From contig NMRA01000288.1 of assembly GCA_002633005.1 (NCBI GenBank), forward strand, positions 322,300-386,299: 64,000 nt of DNA, given 5' to 3'. This document shows positions 1 to 11,800 of this stretch, in pieces. Positions within the stretch are counted from its first letter, which is position 1. Each line of letters opens with the position of its first letter. The notes under the pieces were generated by a model that had not been told where the DNA came from, ran no database searches, and worked only from the letters and a program-made list of their open reading frames with translations. The DNA comes from Phoronis australis (taxonomy: Eukaryota > Animalia > Phoronida). Both the position numbers and the translations under genes were made by a program.

Positions 1-510
1 CAGCATTGCAAACTCGAATGTGAATGTACTGAGGAGGGGTGGCAAGTCTATACGAGAAAAGCCATTATCAGCATTTTGAAACTTGCCAAATTTTCATGTT
101 CATCTATTTCTTGCTTTCTGGAATGCCACTGAGAAGTTGTTTGCTAAGAAACTTTATGCAGTGTCAAGCAAAGACCTGTCAGTTTCTTTCCTTTCTGTCA
201 ACAAAATGTCATTTCATGACATGGATATTAATCAGCAGAAATCAAAGAAAACTTGCATTTTTGAATGTTTAATCATTCGCACAAAGAATTTTTTTGCAAT
301 TAACCTGATTGATTTTTAACTCGGCGTTTACATAGTTGAATGTTGATATGGTTTTTCCATAATAAAGTAAGCCTTTCATTTAGAGCTTTGATTTTGATAT
401 AATAAGTGTTTATCACATAACACAAATGTCACAAAAATGTTCCTGTGTCAACCTTACAAATAACGTGGCTATACTTATACAATGTTGTGAACTTTTTCTT
501 ATTTCACCAG

Positions 511-3500
511 GGAACTTACTTACAACACTTCCTGTAAGCGTGCACCATTTGAAGAGCCTCAAGTGGCTTGATATCAAAGATAACCCTCTTGGGCCAGAGC
601 TGAAGGCTATAGCTGGGAACTGCTTGGACGACGTCGAGTGTAGGAACTGTGCCAAAAATGTATGTAAAAGGCTGTATGTGTTGAATAACGAATACTTGTT
701 TTTGTGCTCAAGCTTTCAACACACAACTGTTATGTTAATTAGAGTGGCAACCTGAGGCATGTTCAGACACGCTATTTACCTGAAGGAAAGCTTGTGGTAT
801 CAAGATCTCTTGATAATGGCAATTGATTGTTGAAAATGTGAGAATGATTTTTTTACCTGATACGGTTATAGCTTCATTATCTACTGCAAGTTCTGTGAAA
901 GAGATACGGGTCTTAGTGTAGCGAAAATTACTGTCCATTTTTCACAGTATTGCATGTGAATCTTCTATTAAAGGGGTAAATTTACTACTGTCAGTGGTTA
1001 TGTCTTACAGTCATAGATTAAAGGTTTAGATGTTGGGGAATTTTTATGCATTAGATGTTGTAAGCGTATTAAAGCTGCTGACCTGTGTGCTAGCCTATCA
1101 GCAGAACATGCTAAAGCTATGCTTCATCCTGTTTTGCTTGCTAAAAACAAACATCGAATTGGGCCTGCTACTCTCATGAAGCTGTTCTCATAATATTCCT
1201 TACCGTGATAGGAGTACACTTCTGTTACCAACAAAAACATCGAAGCCATCGGAGACTCATAAAGAAAATACTTTAAAGTTTATTGAGGTTGGCTAACCCT
1301 ATGATTACGGATTCAAAAACAATTGTGACTTGGTATGGTAACGCTAGACTTGGATGAAATGCAGCTTAAAGTATCACTAGTCAGATCAATTAAATCTTTG
1401 TTCCACAGTAATACTCTATATATCTTGTTCATTCGCAAAAGTCTGAAGTTTAAAAATACATGACAGAGTCTGCTAAATTGCGTGACTAGTGCTTGAGACT
1501 ACACTGTTAGCGGTTGTGGGAAAACATTGCCCACTTTGAACTGTATAATCCACTTTGCCACATGATGAAGTTCTTTTTGTAACTTTTATGTCTCGAGGGA
1601 GGCACTAATGCAAGGTGACAGAATCATTTCATGGTGAAATTACCAAAACATGGTTGGATATCTTTTGACCAAATTGCAAATAGGCTTGTAATTAAGTAGT
1701 TAACAGTAAATGGAATTGAAGCTTATGAAAAATATTGCTATATTTCTGTAACTGATATTGTTACAGTAGTATACTAAAAACACACGATAAATGAAATGCT
1801 AGTGAAATTTGTTTCCTTTTTAAAGGTGGTAGCCCACTTTAAAACTATAGAATCAAACCTAGAGAGAGAAAGACAGAAGAAATTACAGGAAGAAAGAGGT
1901 GAGGCTTACATCTTCCTGATAGTGTTCTGTAAACATGGTTTTTGAAATGAATTCCTGTATCACTACTTTTGTCGTACTTGCACGTATTGATCTTTATTTT
2001 TCATATTTTACTTATATGTCTGTTGATAGAACAACATTCTATTGTTCACTGATTCACAATACTTTTATCGTTTGCGTGTGTTTTGTGGTGGTTTTCATTT
2101 GATTGAAGGATTTTTTTGTCATGAGCCTGAATTCACATGATGACTTTTGGTCATCGCCATTGAAAGATAGGAGCCATATGCGAGATTGCTGATGCATTTT
2201 TGGAAAATTTGTCATTTGCATTGTAGAAATTGAGGCTAGACTGAGGGCAGAGGAAGAAAAAGTGCGTCAGCGAAAGAAAGCAGAAAAACAGCTGGAGAAG
2301 GAGAAGCGACGAAAGGAGTATGAGCAGAAACAGCGGGAAATGGCACAAGAGAGCAAACGTCAGCAGGAGCAGCCACCTGGTGAGCAATCAGTTGATTTAG
2401 TTAAAGGTGCACTTTGCTTTGTTTGGCAGGCTATGAATGGAAAGTGAAGGTCTTTTGCTCTCATTAAATTGGTCTGATAATATTCTTTATCATGGTAGGA
2501 TTCTTTTTTCTGTGCCAACAAAATCGTCAAAACCACCAGCATCTCAAGAAAACGCTCTAAATTTTATTGGGTTGGTCAACCATAAAATTGCAAATTTGAA
2601 AATAGCGCTTCTTTGTATTTTGCTGTCTACTGAATTGATAAGGGGAATATGATCCTATCACGGCAAGGAATATTTATTTATGAGACCTATTTTATTCTTA
2701 TGAAAGCAAATGACGATTTTCGTTTTCTTTAGATGGCGAAACATGGCGAAGTACAGTTTTTAATTTTCATTGTTGTTGAAGCAGGGCTTGTAATTTTCCG
2801 CGGAAACGCGGATTTCCGCTTTTTTCAAATGTTCTGTCCGCGCATTTTATATTTCCGCGTAAAAAAATGGGATTTGATATAAAATTTCCACGAAAAATTC
2901 CTTTCTTACCGCGGCATTGCAGATGACGTTCACCTCGAAAAGCGGAAGTTGCTCTTTATGTTTCGGAGGAACGTAAATTGTCAACATCGCCGGGGCATCT
3001 GGGATAGTGTGGTGGGATTTTCAATGGCGTCTCGTGTTATTGTAAATCGCGGCGACAAATACTACGGCTCTGCAGCCAAAAATGTGTGGGTAGGGAGTGG
3101 GCGGACGAGCTAAAAGGACACAGACGCATGGTACTGATGGCGGTAACGTTTTTTTAATTTTTTTTTAGTCCTCCCGATTTTTGCCGGGGAAAGGTTCACA
3201 TGGACCATTTCAAGGCTGGGTAGCGCGCATGATTTGGGCCGTAAAAGTTTCCGCGTTTTTGCCATTGGTCATTCCAAGCCCTGTTGAAGACACCATTTCC
3301 AGTGTGCTCTCACCGATTTACATTTGGAGCACATAATGACTATCATTACTCTGACGAACTCTCTAAAACAGGAACATTGGAAGAATTGTAGCCCTTAATA
3401 TGTTATGTGACGCTTTCTTGGTGTTCATTGTCAATTGTCAATTATTGTTATTTTTAAAAGAGAACTGATAGCTTTCTTAGTTTACATAAAAAATAAAATT

Positions 3501-3982
3501 TTGGTGTCATTCACTTTCAGTTGCCGGTCATTTTGTTGCTGCACCACTAGAAGTTAATTAAACTTTCTTTCTGTTTGTTTTCAAAATGATTTTCATCTTG
3601 TGTTGAGAGAGTATCATTTGGCACTGATATTTTTTCAAAATTAGATCGCGCAAATTTTAAAAAAGCAAAACAGTAGTATGTTTAAGTGCATAAGACATAT
3701 TACGAGGTAACTGTAATATTATACTTTTCAGACTCACGTTTGCAAGATGGTCGAGGAGATGAAGCTGTAATGAAGGATGTGGACGAACGTTCATGCCTCT
3801 CAGTTGTCTTGAAATCCTTGATCTCTCTCCTATTCATTTGTGTTGCCTTGTACGTATTTTGCGAGATGAACCCGACGAACTCAACCTGCCAGGAGGCCCA
3901 CAGTCAGATGCGGGTATTCTACGTTAAGGCAGAGAAATTTCTAGAAACACTCTTCGAGAAGGTCATACCCATTTCAGACTAG
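511..3982 (+). CDS. LRRC59: Leucine-rich repeat-containing protein 59 (ER membrane LRR/coiled-coil/TM protein), 5'-partial
   Basis: Four phase-compatible GT-AG exons: 511-659 (GNLLTTLPVSVHHLKSLKWLDIKDNPLGPELKAIAGNCLDDVECRNCAKN), 1826-1898 (VVAHFKTIESNLERERQKKLQEER), 2227-2379 (K/E/R-rich coiled coil) and 3732-3982 (hydrophobic TM segment, stop TAG). The LKWLDLKDNPL...AGDCLD..C..CA motif and domain order match LRRC59. Upstream exons lie outside the window. Confidence 0.92.
2401..2763. mobile_element. Kolobok-like MITE with long imperfect TIRs (family D), LRRC59 intron
   Basis: Starts TTAAAGG and ends ...TTTAA. Inner arms ATAATATTCTTTATCATGGTAGGAT / ATCCTATCACGGCAAGGAATAT are inverted. Homologous to 12585-12952 and to a partial copy at about 1150-1310. 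Confidence 0.6.
2782..3283. mobile_element. hAT-like non-autonomous DNA transposon (family A), 6-bp TSD
   Basis: Termini CAGGGCTTGTAAT ... ATTCCAAGCCCTG flanked by TTGAAG on both sides. GC/CpG-rich relative to the intron. A second partial copy lies in opposite orientation at 43063-43327. Confidence 0.85.
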
Positions 3983-4540
3983 GTACAAAGTCGAGTTTGT
4001 TTTGTGGTTTGTGTTGCCAGGGCTTTTTTTAAAAAACGGTTGCCATTGTCTTCATTTTTTCTGACTTGCCAATAAAATTGCCATAATTGGCGTTATGGTG
4101 GGTCCCTAAGTGACCAGGTATTTACGACTTTTATATGATGGTGTTAATCTAACAAACGAGACAAACTTGGTTACCAGCATATTCCACAAAAGAGTAAATC
4201 TAGCGAGATCTCGCTCAATCGGACCTCTATATGTTACTTCTGATCAGGTGTTTGTTTTTGAAAGGGCTACATGTTGTTAAATGTATGTTGTTGCTTATGA
4301 AACCATCCAGAGACAGGTAAGAAAGACGTTGAGTATTTTAAGGATTTCTTAGAAGCAGTTCATCTGACATGAGAAGTGTTCTTGTGTCAGATGAAATGGT
4401 GACACACATTCTGAAGCATTCTGAAACAGCTTCTGTTTTCTTTGTTTCCATATTGTACCTTACACATGTCAATTTTTACCGAGAGTTTTCAATATTGTCT
4501 TTGTTGTTGTGAACCATATGCTTCCTCAGTTAACTTGAAA

Positions 4541-4801
4541 GTCTGCATAACTGGTCAGTCTGCATAACTGGTCAGTCTGCATAACTGGTCAGTCTGCATA
4601 ACTGGTCAGTCTGCATGACTGGTCAGTCTGCATGACTGGTCAGTCTGCATGACTGGTCAGTCTGCATGACTGGTCAGTCTGCATGACTGGTCAGTCTGCA
4701 TGACTGGTCAGTCTGCATGACTGGTCAGTCTGCATGACTGGTCAGTCTGCATAACTGATCAGTTTGCATAACTGATTCGTCTGCATAACTGGTCAGTCTG
4801 C
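4541..4801. repeat. 17-bp minisatellite (GTCTGCAT[A/G]ACTGGTCA) x15, downstream of the LRRC59 stop
   Basis: Directly visible: 4 A-type units, 8 G-type units, 3 A-type units (two degenerate), then a partial unit. Confidence 0.97.
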
Positions 4802-6655
4802 TATGTAATGTTCTCAGTCTGCGTTTTTCTTGCATTAGAAGTGTGCCAAAAAGAATGTGGCTGTCAACGGAATGGAACTAGACTGGTTCCATGCTCAAAC
4901 ATTAGATAAAGTCACTTATTGGTGATAATGCATTTCAACTCTGTTTGAAAACTGAATGACGTGTCATTTAAGATAGCACGGTTATAAAAAATTGCATAAA
5001 TGAGTGTGTCATCTGTATTAGTTTGGAAAGATTTAATCTTTTCGCTTTGTGGATTCCAGCCAAATGATAGCTTTATTTTGTTTAGTTCTCCTCGACACAG
5101 GTTTTTAAGGCTGAGATTTTTTCTCTTTGGGTGAAAATTTGACAAATCCGCCTGAACACAATGTTGTTTTTGTTTGTGCAGGGCCTTTGAATGCACATTG
5201 AATGTGCTTGGTGTTGTAGATGCTTTCAATCATAAAACAGTAAGTTAACACACAAAGTCAGGTATTGGTGCATTCCAGTGAGGTGATTGGGAGAAAAGAC
5301 TACGTGTTCTTAACTATTCACATTTCAGTACTATGTAACTTCTTTGTGAACGTAACAAAATGCCATGACTTGGGCTATATTAGCAAGATGTGTTGTTTGC
5401 ATTGAGTAAATCGAACAAAAATGCATTGTTTGGTATTTGCAACCATAGTCCCGAGATTCAAACTATGATTTTGCATTATAATGAAAGACGTGGAGTTTTT
5501 TTAATGATGTGCAAAATGTCAAATGATTCACCACAATGCAAAACCAGTCTTGAAAATGATGAGATTGTTTTTACTTGTTGAACAAATAAAACTTGTTTAT
5601 TGATGTTAACAAAGTGTTATTCTTCAAAATCTAGTATTAAGGGACGGTAACATGTTATGCTTGGAGGATGTGCTTCAAATTACATTTTTTATGTGGTATT
5701 CCAGTTAACAAAGAATGTTACCTTTTTGAAAGGGTTTTTGGTCAGTTTGGCATACATATTACTTCTTCAAACCGAATGTTGCGATTTGAGTAAATCCAAT
5801 TACTGAGGTCAAGTGGCAAATTGTTACCTGTAAATTGTTACCTGTAAATTGATTCTGGAACTGTAAATGGGCAAACATCTTGACCAATGATGGAGCGTGC
5901 TCAGACTGGGTAAAATGTTCAGAACTTGCGTACCGCGTCGTACTTCCCATTTGAAAAATTGCTATAATTCAAATTTCGTTTTTATAGAAAAACTTTAAAA
6001 TAAATTTTGCCCTGAGTAGAATGTGTCTAACTGACCAAAGAGGCTGCCTTCCTTTTTCAATGAAATAAAGTATGCGGATGATCATTTTGCAGTGTTCATT
6101 TCAAGGAAATCCACGAAGTCAACTTGGGAATAGTGTTCAGCATAATAGATTATATTTATTTTATTTTCAACATTCACAAGATTTTAAACAACAGTGATTC
6201 TTTCACACATAAAATGCACTTGACATAATATGGAAGACAGGAATGAATCATGGTAAACAAAACGGAACATGACTGCTACTCAGAAGAACAAATCTTGCAC
6301 ACATCATTGACTTACATTACATATTACTGATTAGCCATACAAACAGGTAGGCTTCACAACAACGAGCAGTACTGTTATCAATCATGAAAGTGTGAATGTC
6401 CTCCAATACTGAAAACGGGTGACTTAAAAAGAAAAAATGCAAGTTGCTAAACTACTCTAGACAAGTACTCTCCCCAAAAAAACTAAGCAAATTCCGGATG
6501 TTTCTATGAAGTGTTGAATCCATACAGCACTAGACTCAACTCCCAATAAACCAGAGTCAAGTACAGCATTTTCCATGCCTCAAAAAGGAATTATATTGGT
6601 CCTACATCTGACATTTGGCTTATTTCTGCAACACTCAAACTCTAGAACTTTTCAA

Positions 6656-7142
6656 GGTTATGTAAGACCCAACTGACAAGTTTTGAGTATTTAGCAAAAT
6701 ACTTAATATAAAACTCTAGATTTGACGGTAAAAGTATGTATTTTCTGAAAACAGAGAGCCTGCAGGATTTGATTTTTCTGACATTTTACCAATCTGCCAT
6801 TGTCTGGGTCATGTGACCATGTCTTTTTAGTATAATCTAGAAAAAAGTAAATAGGTAAAAAGCAAAGGTATCTAAAACATGATGATATTTGAATATCCAC
6901 AATGAAATGATGTTACAGTTTTCTAAAAATCATTTAAAATTATTGTTTTCGCAACTTTTGAATTTTCCTTGAAAATCAAAAAAGTCCTATTTTTATGTCC
7001 CTCGTGCTGTAGAATATTTTGGAAAACAGTGCATAAAGTATTGGTACATGAAAGTTTCATAATAATTCCAAAAGCCATTTCTTAAACATGATGTTCTCAT
7101 TGAAGTTAGCTAAATTTGGACTCTCTAAGGTCCTACATAACC
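6656..7142. mobile_element. Kolobok-like MITE (family E)
   Basis: TIRs GGTTATGTAAGACC ... GGTCCTACATAACC flanked by TCAA / TTAA. The right arm (about 7015-7146) has a diverged homologue at about 43515-43643. Confidence 0.7.
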
Positions 7143-7562
7143 TTAAATGCAAGACAATATACCCACATTTAAAGTGAGACTTAATTTTAAAAGGTGCTTT
7201 GCAAGTTTGAGATAAAATCCAAAGTAATAAATGATGACTAACAGGCCTTTTAAAAACGAGCAACAATATCAAAGAATTTTATGACAAGTCGTGGTTACCC
7301 AAGTGAACATTGGTGGCAAACAAATTGGGAAATCGGCCAACATGACTGAAATCAAACTGTGTCGTCCCAAATGTCTGAAACAATTGCCTAATCTATTATA
7401 CATTATATGACAATGATGACAAGTACCAGAATAATACCACATAATATAATCTTTATAATACATATTGCACGCATTGAAAGGGTACACATAGTGATGTTCA
7501 AAACGCACCATTTTGCTATTGTTCATGCGAGTGTATTTCCACAAACCTCATGTGGCACCAGG

Positions 7563-7693
7563 TTTGTGTTTTTATAGTTTGATGTCTAGAAGTGACCAAT
7601 GAACACTTTGTGTTTTTATAGTTTGATGTCTAGAAGTGACCAATGAACACTTTGTGTTTTTATAGTTTGATGTCTAGAAGTGACCAATGAACA
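7563..7693. repeat. 44-bp tandem repeat x3
   Basis: Three near-identical copies of TTTGTGTTTTTATAGTTTGATGTCTAGAAGTGACCAATGAACA(C). Confidence 0.97.
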
Positions 7694-8840
7694 ATTTAAT
7701 AGCACATGCATTTACAGTCACAGATGTGACATTCATCGACCAACGGCGAACATCCTCACACGTAAACAATTACCTGGAATACAGGGTGTTTCAGAAAGAT
7801 AAAAACTTCCATTAATTAGTCTAGCACATAACTTTCTGCGCATTGCACTACCTTGTGCGATTGCCAATCATGAAACATTGTTCATATTACAATAAAGCTG
7901 TGATTTATTAACACCAAATGACTAGGTTACAAAAAAGATAATAGCACAAAAAGGTACGTCACTATATAACAGTCAGAATAAGTACCATCACCCATTTACT
8001 GACCATCATGGTGATGTTGGTAATTCCATGTTACAGAAATAAAAATCCCACTCAGGCAAGGCATCATAATATTGGCCATCTCCTAAACAACCACAAAACA
8101 ATCGTGACACAGCCAAAGTTTATCAATGGTTAGCACACAGCTCGCTGCGCACGAAAGGAATGCAGCGGTTTTGTCACGATGCTGCTGAAACTATACAGCC
8201 ATCAACCTACTAAGTTAACTTCCACAGCAGATCAAATCTGAACTTTCATGCCGGCTGCAATATTGATTTCAGTATCTTTGGCAAAGAGGCACACACTCGC
8301 AATAAGTATCTGAATAGCACAATCACTGTACTTTGCTTTCAGTCAACAACAATACTCCAGTGTACAGAGGTGCTCTGGCAATAGACATAAACTAATCTGT
8401 CACTGCAATCCTATGCTTAAAATAAAAACTTAGAAGGCATGTAGTGACTTGCAAGATAATATAAAACCGTCTCAAAACTGACATGTTCACCTTCAGCAAA
8501 TTATTGATAATCTTTTTGTTCAAAAGCTATGGACGTCAATGTAAAATATTGCCTAGCTCAGGACTCCTTTCTGGAAGAAACATAAAGCTTGCACACAATC
8601 TGGAGACAGAGGCATGTTGGTTGAAATAGTCCGCTGAAATAAGGGGTGTATAAAATTAATGTGGTTTATTATCTATTATTCTGTGAACAGGAAGAAGCTT
8701 ATGCCAAAATAGAGCAAAGCACAGACAATACTTTTCGCAAATTATTGTCCTCTGTTTTGAAGTCAGCATCCATAGATGAGCCATAAACAACTTATTTTAT
8801 GATGTTTATGTGTAGACGGGAATGCAGGCTGTAAACACAA

Positions 8841-11800
8841 TCACACCAGGACAAAATCTTCATCAGTGTCATCACCCTGTCGCTCCACAAGGGTGAACTC
8901 TGAAAAAATATCAAACAAACAGCTGCAGTAAATTGGGCCCTGATAATTACCCTGTCCCGAAATACAACAGTGCCACTCAAATTCTATATGATTTACCCAC
9001 AATGTACTCTTCCTGATCATTCGAATGTTATTTACAGCTGCCGTACTGGTCACTATTCCATATCTAAAATATTATCATTCTTATTCATCAATTTAAAACT
9101 TTGCCACTCAGGCTGCACTTATTTCATAAGATGCTAATAACTCTCCACTCATCCAGCACAGCTCAGACATCGCACTACTAAGGTTACCTGTATTGGTCCC
9201 AGACTGCGAAGGATATGGTTGGAACGGAGGCCAGTGGGCAGGGTGATGCTCATGAATTTCAAACAAGGGAGACTTTGTTTTTTCCAGCACCTCTTTGCGT
9301 AGCTTGTGACAGAGCCCATCGAACTCACTCTCAGACTTGCAGAAGAAACCCTGGAAGATCAGACAACACACGAATGAGGGACATGCCAGTAAAACTGCAT
9401 AAAAAACAAATCTGACTTATCTAGCAATTGATATGCGTAATATTATTTGAATAAACTGCTAGAATGGTGTAATTCATCAGTTTCAATCTCTCAGGAAAAC
9501 TGTTGAGGACACCTACGACCGAACGTGTGTCTCCAAAAAAAGAAACATACCAAACGGAGGTAATGTAGGACCATAGAACGATGTTCAATTTTGGCCAACT
9601 TTGGAACACCACATCACAGAAGTGGGTGGTCAAATTCACATGAAGTTTTCAGGTACTACGTACAAAATGAGGCTAAGTTTACAGGGCAGTCAGAATATCT
9701 CCTGCCGATGCTCCTGTAGGAACTACACGCAGAAGAGCATTTTCCTGCCTGGATGTGCGAAGATCAAGAACAGGCTAAAGTTCAGGGGAAAACAGTCCAA
9801 TTGTAAAATGGTGATGAGCATTAACAGCACTTTGTAAGCATATTTGAATGGTTGGCAGAAATCCCCTGAGAAATGCAGGAGTTGTACAGAGAAAAGCATA
9901 TCCTAACGGATGTCTTAAAATCAAGAATGGATCAAAATTACGGAAAAAATGATGGAATCGCAAAATGCTGACTACATTGTGCTGTAGCACTTCATAAGCA
10001 TGCTTTTTTGAAAGTTTGGTCGAAATCCCCGCAAAAAAGTTGAGGTTGCGCACAGAAGAAAATTATTCTCTGCAGCAGGGCACAAACACACAAAAGGAAT
10101 GGTGCCTGTTATTCTCTTCGCCTTCTCTGGAGAATACGTATACGGCCTCAAATACGCAGTTGGACCATACTTACTAAACCCATAGACGGATCTAAATCTT
10201 CAAATTTCATCCGACTTGCGTACGGGCAGTGAAAGCTATCATCTGTGTTCTCTTTTGAGTTCAGGTCAATAACAGGTTGAGTGGTGTGAGGATCTAAGTA
10301 GACTAACTCATTTGCTGAAAGCAAATTATTGCTACAGTCATGCGCATACACAGTACAAGACAAATTTAAAGTATCAGACGAAATACTGTTTCCCCATCAC
10401 GACGGCAAATTCTATTAACAGCAAAGTGGCTTAGCTCTCTCTCAATCTTTCTTGCTAATTCGCTTTCAGTCTCACTCTTTTGAGAACTCGGGCTAATGTG
10501 ACGAATTTGGCTTCCATCCAGCCATTATAACAAGGAAATTAGGCTTGCCCAGATAGCTTCGGTTTCAATATTTTAGAAACTAAGGTAACTTGCAATTAGA
10601 TTGAAGGAGTCAAAGTTTATAGGAGATATTTTGAAGCATTTACCGACTCATAGAATGCTCTTGGCGATGAAAATATAGTGCTATCATGACGAAGAAAATT
10701 TTAAAGTTGATTTTGTAGGGGTGTAGGTCTAACTTTGATTTCCGGCCAGTCAAAACCTGTTAAAGAGTTATTATTACTAAGTAATCATTGTCCTTCAGGG
10801 TTGTGTGCATATTCCCAATCAGTTCATCAAACTAGAGATGAGCTGATATCTCTTTTTAGTATCAAGAACCCAGTTAACAAATTCAATACACAACATTCAA
10901 AGTTAACATATTAATTATTCAGGATGATTGGCCTTCCTCACTTTTTTACTGAGAAATTACATCAATATCCTATGGTTACGTATTAGTTTTCTGCCACTTT
11001 GACAAAAAACAACCATTCAAAGATATCTGCAGTATCCTGATACATTCAGTAAAGACTATGTATTACACTTCTCATCCTACTCTCTTCTCATACTGCACGC
11101 TATTCTTGTGATGAAGTGGGAAAATAAAGAGGGTGAAAACATGTTTTCAATGACCTAGAAAGTCATCCCGACAATTTACGGACAGACAGATAATAACCTT
11201 GCGACTTATCCAATATGTGTGTACTCACCTACATAACCTATGAACCAATGAGCATGATTGGGTTTACCACCTATGATTCCAGCAGACTGCTCAAGGCAAA
11301 AACATTTCTGAAACACAAAATTAATTAAAGTGCCTTGTATAGGTTATAAACATGACAAGCATGTTTGAAAGAAGGGGACAAAATTTGTCCAAAGATGTTA
11401 GAATGTGGTGTGTATAAAGGCTTCCACGCTGCAATGAAAGTGGATTTTGACACAAAATTTCGTACATACTAGCAAACAGCAAGATGGAATTTCCTACTTC
11501 GAATGTCCATCAAGATACCGATAAAGGTATCGTTGAGCAGGAAAAAGAGGGCAAAAGATGGCCAATAGTCTAAGATCCCACCTCGCCCCATAACGCACTC
11601 CATAATTGTGGCCCAGCAGATGCAAATAACACATTTTCCCCGAGACGACACGTCACACTAGATAAGGCATGCATAACTGTGTGACAGTAACACTTATGTT
11701 GCGCCAAATTTCTGTTAAGTCTTAAGTCACTTTTCATGACACAGAGCAAGTCATGTGTTAGTCAATTACTGCTTTGTAATCTGAATATTATTCGCAAAGC

